Assembly: GCA_040753955.1 (NCBI GenBank)
Contig: JBFMDQ010000001.1
Location: forward strand, 44,668-108,667
Direction: 5' to 3'
Length of the DNA: 64,000 nucleotides
DNA from: Nitrospirota bacterium
GTDB lineage: Bacteria > Nitrospirota > Thermodesulfovibrionia > Thermodesulfovibrionales > SM23-35
Each line of letters starts with the position of its first letter. The stretch's first letter is position 1. Shown here one piece after another: positions 20,012 to 29,215 of the stretch. The notes under the pieces are model-generated. The model made no database searches. It saw only the letters and a list, made by a program, of their open reading frames with translations, and was not told where the DNA came from. Position numbers and translations under genes: made by a program.

Positions 20012-21181
20012 ATGTTAAAAGACAAAAGGGGCATAGCCTTAGTAGCAGCCTTGCTGGTCCTTTTAGCCCTTTCAATAATAGGGGTAGTTGCTGTAAACAC
20101 GACGGTGACTGACACAAAGATTTCGGGGAATCTAAAGGATATTAAGCAGGCATTTTACCTCGCAGATGCAGGTATAAGTCATGCAGGTTATCTTCTTCAA
20201 CAAAATATAGGTAGCTGGGACACTTATCTCCCGTCTCCCTTTATAGATACTACTATTTTAGGGGCTGGCAGCTATAGCGTTACTATCAGCAATATTGGAA
20301 CTACTGTAAAGAAAGTGGTGTCAACCGGAATAGCCTCAACAGAGGCTAAGGCAGTAATTGAGGCAGTATTTATTAGAGCGCCATTCAGTCCTGATAATGC
20401 AATAATCACCAATGGAAATATAGAAATTTCGGGAAATCCGACCATAGCTGGTTCAAATGGAGGTGTTCATTCCAATAAAGACCTTGAAATCAGAGGGAGC
20501 CCGAATATTGCCCAGACCGCTTCAGCCTCCGGGACTGCCTCTCCTTCTCCGCCATACATAAGTGGCGCTCCAACACTGGATATCCCAACAATTAACCCGA
20601 CCCAGTTTGCCAGCTACGCTGACTATCAACTAAAGTCAGATGGTAAGGTCTACAGGACAGGCTCTACGCTGCCGGAAGGTACGTCAGGCGGAACATGGTA
20701 TGGCTGGGATTACAGCGAAGGCAAATGGACTTTAAGTGGTAATGATACCCCTCCTCCTGGGATGCTATATATAGAAGGAGATGCGCGTGTATCAGGAAAC
20801 CCGGGAAGTGCCTCTGAACCGTGGCAAACAACCCTTGTTGCCACAGGGAATATTGAGCTATCCGGAAATCCTATCATCGCTGATTATAAGGATCCTTCAG
20901 ATCCAATAGGGGTTCAAAATCTCTTATTCGTTGCCGGCCTGGGGCTAAAGATAAGTGGTAACGCGACTCAAACCTTTGATGGGATTATAGCTGCCCATGG
21001 AAATATAGAGGTTAGTGGGAATCCCAATCTTAATGGATACATAATAGCGGAGAATGCGACTGGAATCGGGACTGAAAATAAGGTTTCTGGAAATATGACT
21101 ATTACTTACAATGGTGATATGGCCTCCCCCTTTATCAGCAATACAGTTAGTATGATAGCCTGGCGTAAGGTTAACGAGTAA
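20012..21181 (+). CDS. PilX N-terminal domain protein with C-terminal SGNP-repeat (beta-helix-like) region
   Basis: KRGIALVAALLVLLALSIIGVVAVNT is a PilX-type hydrophobic N-terminus. Six copies of a [IVL]SGN[PAM] motif follow (EISGNPTIAG, RVSGNPGS, ELSGNPIIA, KISGNATQ, EVSGNPNLNG, KVSGNMTI). ATG 20012 is better spaced from AAGGGGG than GTG 20003. Confidence 0.6.
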   Translation: MLKDKRGIALVAALLVLLALSIIGVVAVNTTVTDTKISGNLKDIKQAFYLADAGISHAGYLLQQNIGSWDTYLPSPFIDTTILGAGSYSVTISNIGTTVKKVVSTGIASTEAKAVIEAVFIRAPFSPDNAIITNGNIEISGNPTIAGSNGGVHSNKDLEIRGSPNIAQTASASGTASPSPPYISGAPTLDIPTINPTQFASYADYQLKSDGKVYRTGSTLPEGTSGGTWYGWDYSEGKWTLSGNDTPPPGMLYIEGDARVSGNPGSASEPWQTTLVATGNIELSGNPIIADYKDPSDPIGVQNLLFVAGLGLKISGNATQTFDGIIAAHGNIEVSGNPNLNGYIIAENATGIGTENKVSGNMTITYNGDMASPFISNTVSMIAWRKVNE

Positions 21182-21222
21182 GAATCGATTAAATAGGTTT
21201 AATAGGAAATTGAGCATTCTTT

Positions 21223-21446
21223 ACCCTGTTGTTGCATAAATTGTTATAACCGAATAGGCTAAACCCTGTTAGAAAAGATTTTCTAACAGGGTAAATCTAT
21301 TGATACCAAGCATCTATGTCATTTTTGAAAGTTATCACAGGATTTCACTTTTAGTGAGCTTTATGAATAAAGCCTAATTTGCTACAAACATAGAATTATC
21401 ACCATTTTATGAGTTTTGTGTGCATGTATTATTGCAACAACAGGGT
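21223..21446. repeat. 224-bp element bounded by a perfect 14-bp inverted repeat, with a central 14-bp-stem hairpin sharing the ACCCTGTT motif
   Basis: accctgttgttgca (21223-21236) pairs with tgcaacaacagggt (21433-21446). Inner hairpin: accctgttagaaaa-ga-ttttctaacagggt (21263-21292). It lies between the convergent pilX-like and feoB genes. Confidence 0.55.
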
Positions 21447-21472
21447 TTATATATTCGAGGTATTTAAACCAG

Positions 21473-23455
21473 CTATATCCCTAAAGGCGAGGCGAGGCGA
21501 TAAACCACCATTCCACTACCAAATGAGATAAAGAGCATGAACATAAGCGAGATGAGGAACCATCTCCAGCTTCCCATTTCCTGCTTCATCACGACTGCTG
21601 TTGCTGCACATGGAATAAAGAGCATTAGCACGACGAGGAATGAGAGAGCCGATGCATGGCTCATTACTCCTGGCAGGATACTCCTTAGCCCCTCTTCCCC
21701 AACCCCATAGAGCACACCGAGAGTTGCTATCGAGTTCTCCTTAGCAACAAAGCCCGCCAGCAGGGCAATCATCATCTTCCAATCCAATCCTATAGGAGCT
21801 CCCAAAGGTTCAACGAGACGGCCTAACCATCCAAGGATATTATTTTCAATTCTTCCACCAGGAAAGTTAGACATGATCCACAGTAATATCGAGAAGCCAA
21901 GAATAACTGTCCCAGCGCGTTTCACGAAGGCTGCTGTCCTTTTCCATACGGCAATCCCTATCGTCCTAAGATTTGGCCTGTGATATAGAGGGAGCTCCAT
22001 TATGAAAGGCATGGGTTCTCCTTTTAAGAAAAACCTGCTTACTATAATCCCTATAATTCCCAGGGATAAAATATTTATAGCTACAAGTGACCATGAGACA
22101 ATAGTTGCCTTTCCCCCGAAAATAGCAGCCGTAACGAATGCCAGGATAGCAAGCCTTGCAGTGCATGGAACAAAGGGCGTAAGTAATATCGTAAGAAGCC
22201 TTGCCTTCCTTGACTCCACTATTCTTACTCCCAGAACCGCTGGGACGTTGCACCCGAAGCCAAGAAACATCGGGAGAAAGCTCTTCCCATGAAGCCCAAT
22301 TATGTGCATGAATCTATCCATCACAAAGGCTGCCCTCGCCATGTACCCGATATCCTCAAGAAACGCCATGGAGGTGAAGAATATAAGGAGTATAGGTAGG
22401 AATGTAAGGACGGCTCCGGCACCTCCTATAACGCCACCTATTACTATTCCACTGACCCATCCAGGAGCCCCGGAAAGGAAGGGCCCGATCCATCTCGCAA
22501 AAAATTCTACAAGCCATTCCAGCAATCCCTGTATGGGTGATCCCACTTTATAGGTCAAAAAGAAGATAATTGCGAACATCCCTAAAAGTATTGGTATGCC
22601 CAATATTGGACGTATGAGCACATGATCTATCCGATCTGTCAAGAGAACCTGCCCCTTTTTAAACTGCGAAACGGAGGAACGGATAACAGCCTCTATCCAA
22701 TCATATCTGCCGTGAACAACAGCAAGCAAAGAGTCCTCATGACCCCGAAGTTGCAAAACTACCTCCTCCCATTTATCTACTGGGAGAATCTGTTCCAGCA
22801 TCCCTGAAACATCAGGATCGCCCTCCATCAGCTTTGTAACAGCCCAGCAGGTAGTATATGGGTATGAGATGTATTCACCAACCTTTTCCATGAGCGTTAG
22901 GAAAACATCCATATGATCTTGAAAGACCTCGGGAACGGAGGGGTTATATTCCAGATTCCCGTTTGAAAGGGATATTATTTCCTGGACAAGTTCCTTTATC
23001 CCCCTATTTTTTGTGGCGACCATAGGGACGACCGGTATTCCAAGGGACTTCTTAAGAGACTCTACATCTATGAGAATCCCTTGCTCCTGAGCCACGTCCA
23101 TCATGTTCAAAGCAACTATGACCGGAGGCTTTAGAAGGAGAAGTTCGGAGAGTAGATAAAGGCTTCTTTCTAAAGCTGATGCATTGGCTATAAGAATTAC
23201 AACATCGGGTCGCTCTTTTATTATAAAATCCCTCGCTATCCTCTCCTCTTCGGAGAAGGCCGTGAGGCTGTATGTTCCAGGAAGGTCAATTATTCCCATC
23301 TCAGCTTCCCCTGAGATGATAACCCCTTCCTTTTTTTCAACCGTCTTTCCAGGCCAGTTCCCAACGTGTTGCGATAATCCCGTGAGAATATTAAAGACTG
23401 TGGATTTGCCAACGTTCGGTTGCCCTGCAAGGGCTACAAGAAGTTTCTTTCCCAC
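21473..23455 (-). CDS. feoB: ferrous iron transporter FeoB
   Basis: 660 aa with an N-terminal G domain GQPNVGKST..DLPGTYSL..NMMD and a polytopic C-terminal permease. Confidence 0.95.
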   Translation of the reverse strand: MGKKLLVALAGQPNVGKSTVFNILTGLSQHVGNWPGKTVEKKEGVIISGEAEMGIIDLPGTYSLTAFSEEERIARDFIIKERPDVVILIANASALERSLYLLSELLLLKPPVIVALNMMDVAQEQGILIDVESLKKSLGIPVVPMVATKNRGIKELVQEIISLSNGNLEYNPSVPEVFQDHMDVFLTLMEKVGEYISYPYTTCWAVTKLMEGDPDVSGMLEQILPVDKWEEVVLQLRGHEDSLLAVVHGRYDWIEAVIRSSVSQFKKGQVLLTDRIDHVLIRPILGIPILLGMFAIIFFLTYKVGSPIQGLLEWLVEFFARWIGPFLSGAPGWVSGIVIGGVIGGAGAVLTFLPILLIFFTSMAFLEDIGYMARAAFVMDRFMHIIGLHGKSFLPMFLGFGCNVPAVLGVRIVESRKARLLTILLTPFVPCTARLAILAFVTAAIFGGKATIVSWSLVAINILSLGIIGIIVSRFFLKGEPMPFIMELPLYHRPNLRTIGIAVWKRTAAFVKRAGTVILGFSILLWIMSNFPGGRIENNILGWLGRLVEPLGAPIGLDWKMMIALLAGFVAKENSIATLGVLYGVGEEGLRSILPGVMSHASALSFLVVLMLFIPCAATAVVMKQEMGSWRWFLISLMFMLFISFGSGMVVYRLASPLGI

Positions 23456-23715
23456 TATTGTCCGATCCCGCCCTTTTCGTCCCCAACCCTGGTTATCATT
23501 ATCCTTGATGCCTGACCCCTTCCAATAGCGATTCTTGTACCATTAGTTATGACCAGCAGAGGTCCCCTGTTGTTTCTAAGGACCTTGAGCCATATCCCTG
23601 GAGCAATACCCATTGCAGCAAGTCTACTTATTAGCCCGTATCCTCCTGAAATGGAATGTACAATCCCTTCCTCTCCTTCCATGAGAGAGGTAAGGGGTAG
23701 CAGATCAACTTTCAT
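23455..23715 (-). CDS. feoA: ferrous iron transport protein FeoA
   Basis: 86-aa SH3-like FeoA (LTSLMEGEEGIV..RLAAMGIAPG). Its stop overlaps the feoB start, and GGAGAAG lies upstream. Confidence 0.85.
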   Translation of the reverse strand: MKVDLLPLTSLMEGEEGIVHSISGGYGLISRLAAMGIAPGIWLKVLRNNRGPLLVITNGTRIAIGRGQASRIMITRVGDEKGGIGQ

Positions 23716-24038
23716 GGATTCTTCTCCTTTACCTTCATTTCTTTTGACATTTCTTACAGTATCCCCTTATCTCGAGTGTGTGGCTTACTCCTCAAAAGTG
23801 GTTCCTCCTGAATTCTTTCAAGGTCTTCAGAATAAAACTCTAGTATTTCTTCGCATGCGATGCAGAACATATAATAAAGAGATTCAGGGTCAAAATGGAA
23901 TACTAAATTTTGTTTTTATGTGTCAAGAGGGCAATTGCACCAAGAAGTACCTCTTTTTCCGTGACATAAAGTCTGGTCTGAGAATGCACTTGACAAAAAT
24001 TCCTTATGAGGCAAAGATAGTTTATTGGAGGTTTATTT

Positions 24039-25232
24039 ATGATAAAGAAAATTGTCCTTGCCTACTCAGGGGGTCTTGATACATCTGTGGCTATAAAATG
24101 GCTAAAAGAGAAATATAACGCTGAGGTTATTGCATTCTATGCAGACTTGGGCCAGGGAGAGAACCTCGAAGAAGTAAGAGAAAAGGCATTGAAGACAGGT
24201 GCATCAAAGGTTTATATAGAAGACCTTAAGGAAGAATTCGTAAAAGACTATATATTCCCGATGCTCAGGGCTAATGCAGCTTACGAAGGCACCTATCTGC
24301 TCGGGACATCAATAGCAAGGCCATTTATCGCAAAAAAGCAGATAGGGATTGCAGAAAAGGAAGGTGCTGAGGCAGTTGCACACGGTGCTACAGGGAAAGG
24401 TAATGACCAGGTAAGGTTTGAACTGACATATTATGCACTAAAGCCTGAAATAAAGGTTATAGCACCGTGGAGGGAGTGGCCATTCAACTCAAGGCAGTCC
24501 CTGATTGAATATTCTGAGAGGCATGGTATCCCTGTTACAGCAACAAAGGAAAGGCCTTATAGTGTTGACAGAAACCTATTTCACATCAGCTATGAGGGAG
24601 GGATCTTGGAAGACCCCTGGCAGGAACCACCACCTGATATGTACACGATGATTACGCCACCTGAGAAGGCACCTGATATGCCTGTATATATTGATATCTC
24701 TTATGAGAGGGGCAACCCCGTCGCAATCAATAATGAAGTTATGTCTCCTGCGACTTTGCTTGAAAAATTGAATTCCATTGCTGGTAAAAATGGTGTTGGA
24801 AGAGTGGATATGGTAGAAAACAGGTATGTGGGGATTAAATCCAGGGGTGTTTATGAAACCCCTGGTGGCACAGCTCTTCATATTGCCCACAAGGCATTAG
24901 AGTCTATAACCCTCGACAGGGAGATAATGCACCTCAAGGACTCCATTATAATGCGCTATTCGGAGCTCATATATTATGGATACTGGTTTTCTCCTGAAAG
25001 GTTTGCTATCCAGAACTTTATAGATGATATACAGAAAGATGTCACTGGCACCGTCAGGGTCAAGATATATAAGGGAAATTGCTATGTTGTCGGAAGAAAA
25101 TCTCCAAATTCCCTTTATCACCCCGGGCTTGCGACATTTGAGGCAGGAATTGCATATAATCAGAAAGATGCGGAGGGTTTTATAAAGCTCAATGCCCTAA
25201 GGTTGAAGTTAAGGAAATTGAAAAAAGAGTAA
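24039..25232 (+). CDS. argG: argininosuccinate synthase
   Basis: [17 protein letters not shown]-PPase motif, [13 protein letters not shown] and SVDRNL. Confidence 0.95.
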   Translation: MIKKIVLAYSGGLDTSVAIKWLKEKYNAEVIAFYADLGQGENLEEVREKALKTGASKVYIEDLKEEFVKDYIFPMLRANAAYEGTYLLGTSIARPFIAKKQIGIAEKEGAEAVAHGATGKGNDQVRFELTYYALKPEIKVIAPWREWPFNSRQSLIEYSERHGIPVTATKERPYSVDRNLFHISYEGGILEDPWQEPPPDMYTMITPPEKAPDMPVYIDISYERGNPVAINNEVMSPATLLEKLNSIAGKNGVGRVDMVENRYVGIKSRGVYETPGGTALHIAHKALESITLDREIMHLKDSIIMRYSELIYYGYWFSPERFAIQNFIDDIQKDVTGTVRVKIYKGNCYVVGRKSPNSLYHPGLATFEAGIAYNQKDAEGFIKLNALRLKLRKLKKE

Positions 25233-25233
25233 A

Positions 25234-26319
25234 ATGTCAGACCTTAGATACTGGATTGCACTATCCATGCTACAAGATATAGGACCTATTGGGGCTAAGA
25301 AACTGCTCTCTGTATTTGGAACACCTGAAAGAATTTTCGATGCAGAGGTTGATGACCTCCTTTCTGTAGAAGGGATAGGGATAAACAAGGCAAAAAATAT
25401 AAAAGAATTTTCATCCTGGGAGGTTGTGGATAAAGAGGTTAAGGTCTTAGAGAAAAAGAGGATAAAGACTGTAAATCTCAATGGGTCTTCATATCCAGAA
25501 ATGCTCAGGGAAATAGATGATGCACCTGTTGTCATTTATATCAGGGGTGATATTCAGCCTCAGGATAGATATACAATAGCAATTGTCGGTTCACGCAAGC
25601 CTACCTCCTATGGGACATCTGTTGCAGAAAATATTTCAGAGGAGCTTGCATCCATGGGGTTTACTATCGTTAGCGGTATGGCAAGGGGCATTGATGCCAT
25701 ATCGCACAGGGGAGCGTTAAGAGCAGGCGGAAGGACCATTGCAGTGCTCGGATCAGGACTTGATGTACCTTATCCTCCAGAGAACAAGGGTTTGATGGAT
25801 AAAATTACAAACTCCGGTTATGTTATCAGTGAGTTTCCCTCTGGGACCCCTCCTGATAGAGAAAACTTTCCCCGGAGAAATAGACTGATAAGTGGCCTTT
25901 CTCTTGGTGTGCTCATAGTAGAGGCTACCTCTGACAGCGGCTCCCTGATCACGGCAGGATATGCCCTCGAACAGGGTAGAGAGGTCTTCGCGGTTCCTGG
26001 TAACATAACTTCATCTGCATCAGAAGGCACGAACGAACTGATCAAAAGAGGTGCGATACTCACACGGAAGGCGGAGGATATTGTTGAGGAGCTCGCACCC
26101 GTTTTGAAAGGATTTATAAGATCAAAAGAAAGGGCAAAGATAGAAGTTACGGAAGAAGAAAAGAACCTCTGTAACCTGCTCTCTGGAGAGCCAAAGCATG
26201 TAGATGACATCTCTCGGGAGAGTAGATTACCGGCATCAAAGGTACTCGGAATCCTTCTTAACTTAGAGATGAAAGGTGCTGTAAGGCAAACAACAGGGAA
26301 AGGGTTTTATCTGGTATGA
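25234..26319 (+). CDS. dprA: DNA processing protein DprA (Smf)
   Basis: IAIVGSRKPTSYG..SGMARGIDAISHRGAL..VVEA..SGSLITA Rossmann-like DprA core, with a C-terminal winged helix. Confidence 0.9.
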   Translation: MSDLRYWIALSMLQDIGPIGAKKLLSVFGTPERIFDAEVDDLLSVEGIGINKAKNIKEFSSWEVVDKEVKVLEKKRIKTVNLNGSSYPEMLREIDDAPVVIYIRGDIQPQDRYTIAIVGSRKPTSYGTSVAENISEELASMGFTIVSGMARGIDAISHRGALRAGGRTIAVLGSGLDVPYPPENKGLMDKITNSGYVISEFPSGTPPDRENFPRRNRLISGLSLGVLIVEATSDSGSLITAGYALEQGREVFAVPGNITSSASEGTNELIKRGAILTRKAEDIVEELAPVLKGFIRSKERAKIEVTEEEKNLCNLLSGEPKHVDDISRESRLPASKVLGILLNLEMKGAVRQTTGKGFYLV

Positions 26320-28688
26320 ACTCCTCGGGATCGAGTCGCAACGATCTTGTCATTGTTGAGTCACCTGCAAAGGCAAAGACCCTCCATAAGATACTCGGTA
26401 AGGGATTTGCAGTCAAGGCATCTATTGGTCATATAAAGGACCTTCCTGAGAAAGAGCTTGGGGTTGATGTGGAGAGTAACTTTAAGCCTCATTACGTTGT
26501 AATCCCTGGTAAAGAAAAAGTTATTAAGGAGCTTAAGAAGGCATCAAAAGAGGCTGATAAGATATTTCTTGCCCCCGACCCTGATAGGGAGGGAGAAGCA
26601 ATAGCATGGCATATTGCTTATGAAATCTCAAATATCATCCCGAAACAAGTTCGGGATCAAAATTTAAAAGGAAAGATACACAGGATTACCTTTAATGAAA
26701 TAACAGAGCGGGCTGTGCGAGAAGCAATAAAGAACCCTGGCAGGATAGATATGAACAAGGTCGAGGCCCAGCAGGCCCGGAGGATACTTGACAGGCTTGT
26801 CGGTTACGGACTCAGCCCCCTTCTATGGAAGAAGGTTAGGAAAGGCCTTAGCGCAGGGAGGGTACAGTCCGTTGCAGTAAAGCTGATTGTAGACAGAGAG
26901 CGAGAGATAAGGGCATTCAAACCCGAAGAATACTGGAGTATAAACGCAGAATTTGAAGGGTCTAAACCTCCCAGGTTCTGGGCAAGACTTTACAAGATAG
27001 ACTCCAGACTCCAGACTATAGGCTCCAGATTTTTGATACCCAATGAAAATACTGCAACGGCTATTGTTAATGACTTAAAAGACAGAGAGTTTGTACTGAG
27101 CAAAATAGAGCGCAAGCAGAGGAAGAGGATGCCTTATCCTCCCTTTATCACAAGCACTATACAGCAGGAAGCAGCAAGGAGACTGAGATTCCCGGCAAAA
27201 AAGACAATGATGATAGCACAGCAGCTCTACGAGGGAGTGGAACTTGCTGAAGAGGGTTCAGTGGGACTCATTACCTATATGAGAACAGACTCCTTCAGGG
27301 TTGCCCCTGATGCACAGGAGTGGGCGAGGGAATTCATCATGAGGGTTTATGGAAGAGATTACACACCTGAGAAACCTCCTGTTTATAAAACCAAAGGATC
27401 TGTACAGGATGCACATGAGGCGATAAGGCCGACATATCCTGAGAAAAGACCAGAGGATATAAAACAATTTCTTTCAAAAGACCAATATGCCCTTTATACG
27501 TTGATATGGAATCGGTTTATATCAAGCCAGATGGCACCAGCCCAGCTTGAACAAACGACCTTTACAATCAATACAAATCCCCCCTTACCCTCAAATAATC
27601 CCCCCACCCCCCCTTTAGTAAAGGGGGGCGAGGGGGGATTTGCCGAGTTCAGGGCATCAGGAACGGTAGTCCGTTTCGATGGCTTCATGGCCTTGTATAC
27701 AGAAGGAAGGGATGAGGCAGAAGAGGAAGAAGGACTGGCATTGCCTGCATTAAAAGAGGGGGAGACATTAACACTTCTAAATCTACAACCAAGACAGCAT
27801 TTCACACAGTCGTCACCACGTTATACGGAGGCGACACTCATTAAGGCCCTTGAGGAAAAAGGTATTGGTAGACCGAGCACCTATGCAACAATCCTCTCCA
27901 CCATCCAGGAGAGGAAATATGTCCATAAGACTGACGGCAAGTTTTCCCCCACAGAGCTTGGCATTGTTGTAAATGACTTTCTCGTTGAAAGATTCCCCGA
28001 ACTCATAGATGTGGATTTTACTGCAAAAATGGAAGATGAGCTTGACCGGATTGAAGACGGAAAGATAAGATGGGTAAAGGTTGTAAAGGATCTTTACAAC
28101 CCTTTCAGCCGTGACCTCACAGAGGCTATAAAAACTACAGGCAGGGTAAGACCAGAGGATATACCTACTGAAACCATATGCGAGGTGTGCGGCCTTCCCA
28201 TGGTCATAAGGTGGGGAAGACACGGAAGATTTCTGGCATGCTCTGGATTTCCAAAATGTAAAAATACAAAACCCATGGAAAGTCAGCAGTCAGCCGTCAG
28301 CAGTCAGCAGTCAAATGAGATATGTGATAAGTGTGGCTCACCTATGTTAATAAAGTCGGGGCGATATGGAAAATTCCTTGCCTGTTCAAGATATCCTGAG
28401 TGCAAAAATACAAGACCTCTGTCAACGGGTTTGAGATGTCCACAGGATGGAGGAGATATAGTAGAAAGGCATTCAAGAAAAGGGAAACCTTTCTGGAACT
28501 GTGGTAACTATCCAGCGTGCCAATTCGTTTTATGGAATAAACCTATACCCGGAAAATGTCTTCAGTGTGGTGCAGATTTCCTTCTTGAGAAAAGAGGTAA
28601 GGCAGGAAAGTTGATACATTTCTGCCATAATAAGAAATGCGGATACAAAGGGGAAGTAAAAGAGGAAGTGGTCGGCCATTTATTATAG
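26316..28688 (+). CDS. topA: DNA topoisomerase I
   Basis: Toprim LVIVESPAKAKT..DPDREGE, active-site Tyr region GLITYMRTDS, and four C-terminal Cys4 zinc ribbons. Carries two repeat-derived in-frame inserts (27576-27640, 28281-28315). Confidence 0.95.
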   Translation: MNSSGSSRNDLVIVESPAKAKTLHKILGKGFAVKASIGHIKDLPEKELGVDVESNFKPHYVVIPGKEKVIKELKKASKEADKIFLAPDPDREGEAIAWHIAYEISNIIPKQVRDQNLKGKIHRITFNEITERAVREAIKNPGRIDMNKVEAQQARRILDRLVGYGLSPLLWKKVRKGLSAGRVQSVAVKLIVDREREIRAFKPEEYWSINAEFEGSKPPRFWARLYKIDSRLQTIGSRFLIPNENTATAIVNDLKDREFVLSKIERKQRKRMPYPPFITSTIQQEAARRLRFPAKKTMMIAQQLYEGVELAEEGSVGLITYMRTDSFRVAPDAQEWAREFIMRVYGRDYTPEKPPVYKTKGSVQDAHEAIRPTYPEKRPEDIKQFLSKDQYALYTLIWNRFISSQMAPAQLEQTTFTINTNPPLPSNNPPTPPLVKGGEGGFAEFRASGTVVRFDGFMALYTEGRDEAEEEEGLALPALKEGETLTLLNLQPRQHFTQSSPRYTEATLIKALEEKGIGRPSTYATILSTIQERKYVHKTDGKFSPTELGIVVNDFLVERFPELIDVDFTAKMEDELDRIEDGKIRWVKVVKDLYNPFSRDLTEAIKTTGRVRPEDIPTETICEVCGLPMVIRWGRHGRFLACSGFPKCKNTKPMESQQSAVSSQQSNEICDKCGSPMLIKSGRYGKFLACSRYPECKNTRPLSTGLRCPQDGGDIVERHSRKGKPFWNCGNYPACQFVLWNKPIPGKCLQCGADFLLEKRGKAGKLIHFCHNKKCGYKGEVKEEVVGHLL
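27576..27640. repeat. C-run/G-run hairpin element inside topA (extra left arm)
   Basis: aaatccccccttaccc tcaaat aatcccccccaccccccctttagtaaaggggggcgaggggggatt. Read in frame as NPPLPSNNPPTPPLVKGGEGGF. Confidence 0.85.
28281..28315. repeat. heptamer tandem repeat inside topA (AGTCAGC x5)
   Basis: agtcagc agtcagc cgtcagc agtcagc agtcaaa. Read in frame as SQQSAVSSQQSN, between two zinc-ribbon modules. Confidence 0.85.
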
Positions 28689-29212
28689 GGATCGGTGGTG
28701 CCCATAGCAAGGTTGGAAAGACTACTGTTGCCTGCCAAATCCTTAAAAGACTTGGCGGATGGGGTGCTATAAAATACACCAAGACTTTATTCTATAGCTC
28801 TATAGTCGATAGCCCCGGGATATTGAGACAGAAAAATAAGGACACCAGCAGGCTCCTCGATGCCGGCACCCACGAAGTTCTCTGGGTTCAGTCACCGCCT
28901 GACTGCCTGAAAGAGATCCTTCAGATAGCCGTTGACAGGCTTTCACACTTGAAGGGAATCATCCTTGAAGGAAACAGTGCAATTGAGGTCCTAAGACCCG
29001 ATGCTGTAATATTTATATCTGGAAATAAGGAACTCAAGAGGAGTGCGGACGAAATCCTCAGAATAGCTGATGCTGTTATTTTCGATAAAGATCTCCCGTC
29101 AGGAACACCTGAGGGCGCTGAAAGATTTCGTAGCGATGACGTGGAAGGATATACAAATTTCATAACAGGACTTATGATTGAACGCAAAAACAAGAAAACG
29201 GCTCAAGGGTAA
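28637..29212 (+). CDS. MobB-like P-loop NTPase
   Basis: Walker A GIGGAHSKVGKTT. By eye it aligns with MobB landmarks (IKYTK vs IKHT, KDTSRLLDAG, GIILEGNS vs LILVEGFK, DDVEGYTNFI). ATG 28637 overlaps the topA end by 52 nt. The stop lies 3 nt before the RNA ligase ATG. Confidence 0.6.
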   Translation: MRIQRGSKRGSGRPFIIGIGGAHSKVGKTTVACQILKRLGGWGAIKYTKTLFYSSIVDSPGILRQKNKDTSRLLDAGTHEVLWVQSPPDCLKEILQIAVDRLSHLKGIILEGNSAIEVLRPDAVIFISGNKELKRSADEILRIADAVIFDKDLPSGTPEGAERFRSDDVEGYTNFITGLMIERKNKKTAQG

Positions 29213-29215
29213 GAG

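Noticed and set aside
23716-24038. Fur box or riboswitch in the 323-bp feoA/argG divergent region
   Set aside because: I could not find a GATAATGATAATCATTATC-like palindrome or any convincing conserved structure. The 176-aa ORF 23549-24079 is antisense to feoA and has low-complexity composition.
28637-29212. P-loop protein as a polynucleotide kinase completing an RNA repair pathway
   Set aside because: The sequence aligns by eye along its length with MobB (GKTT, IKxT, KDS/T, ILEG/LVEG, DDVEG) rather than with Pnk/Clp1-type kinases. I kept it only as a neighbour of the ligase module.
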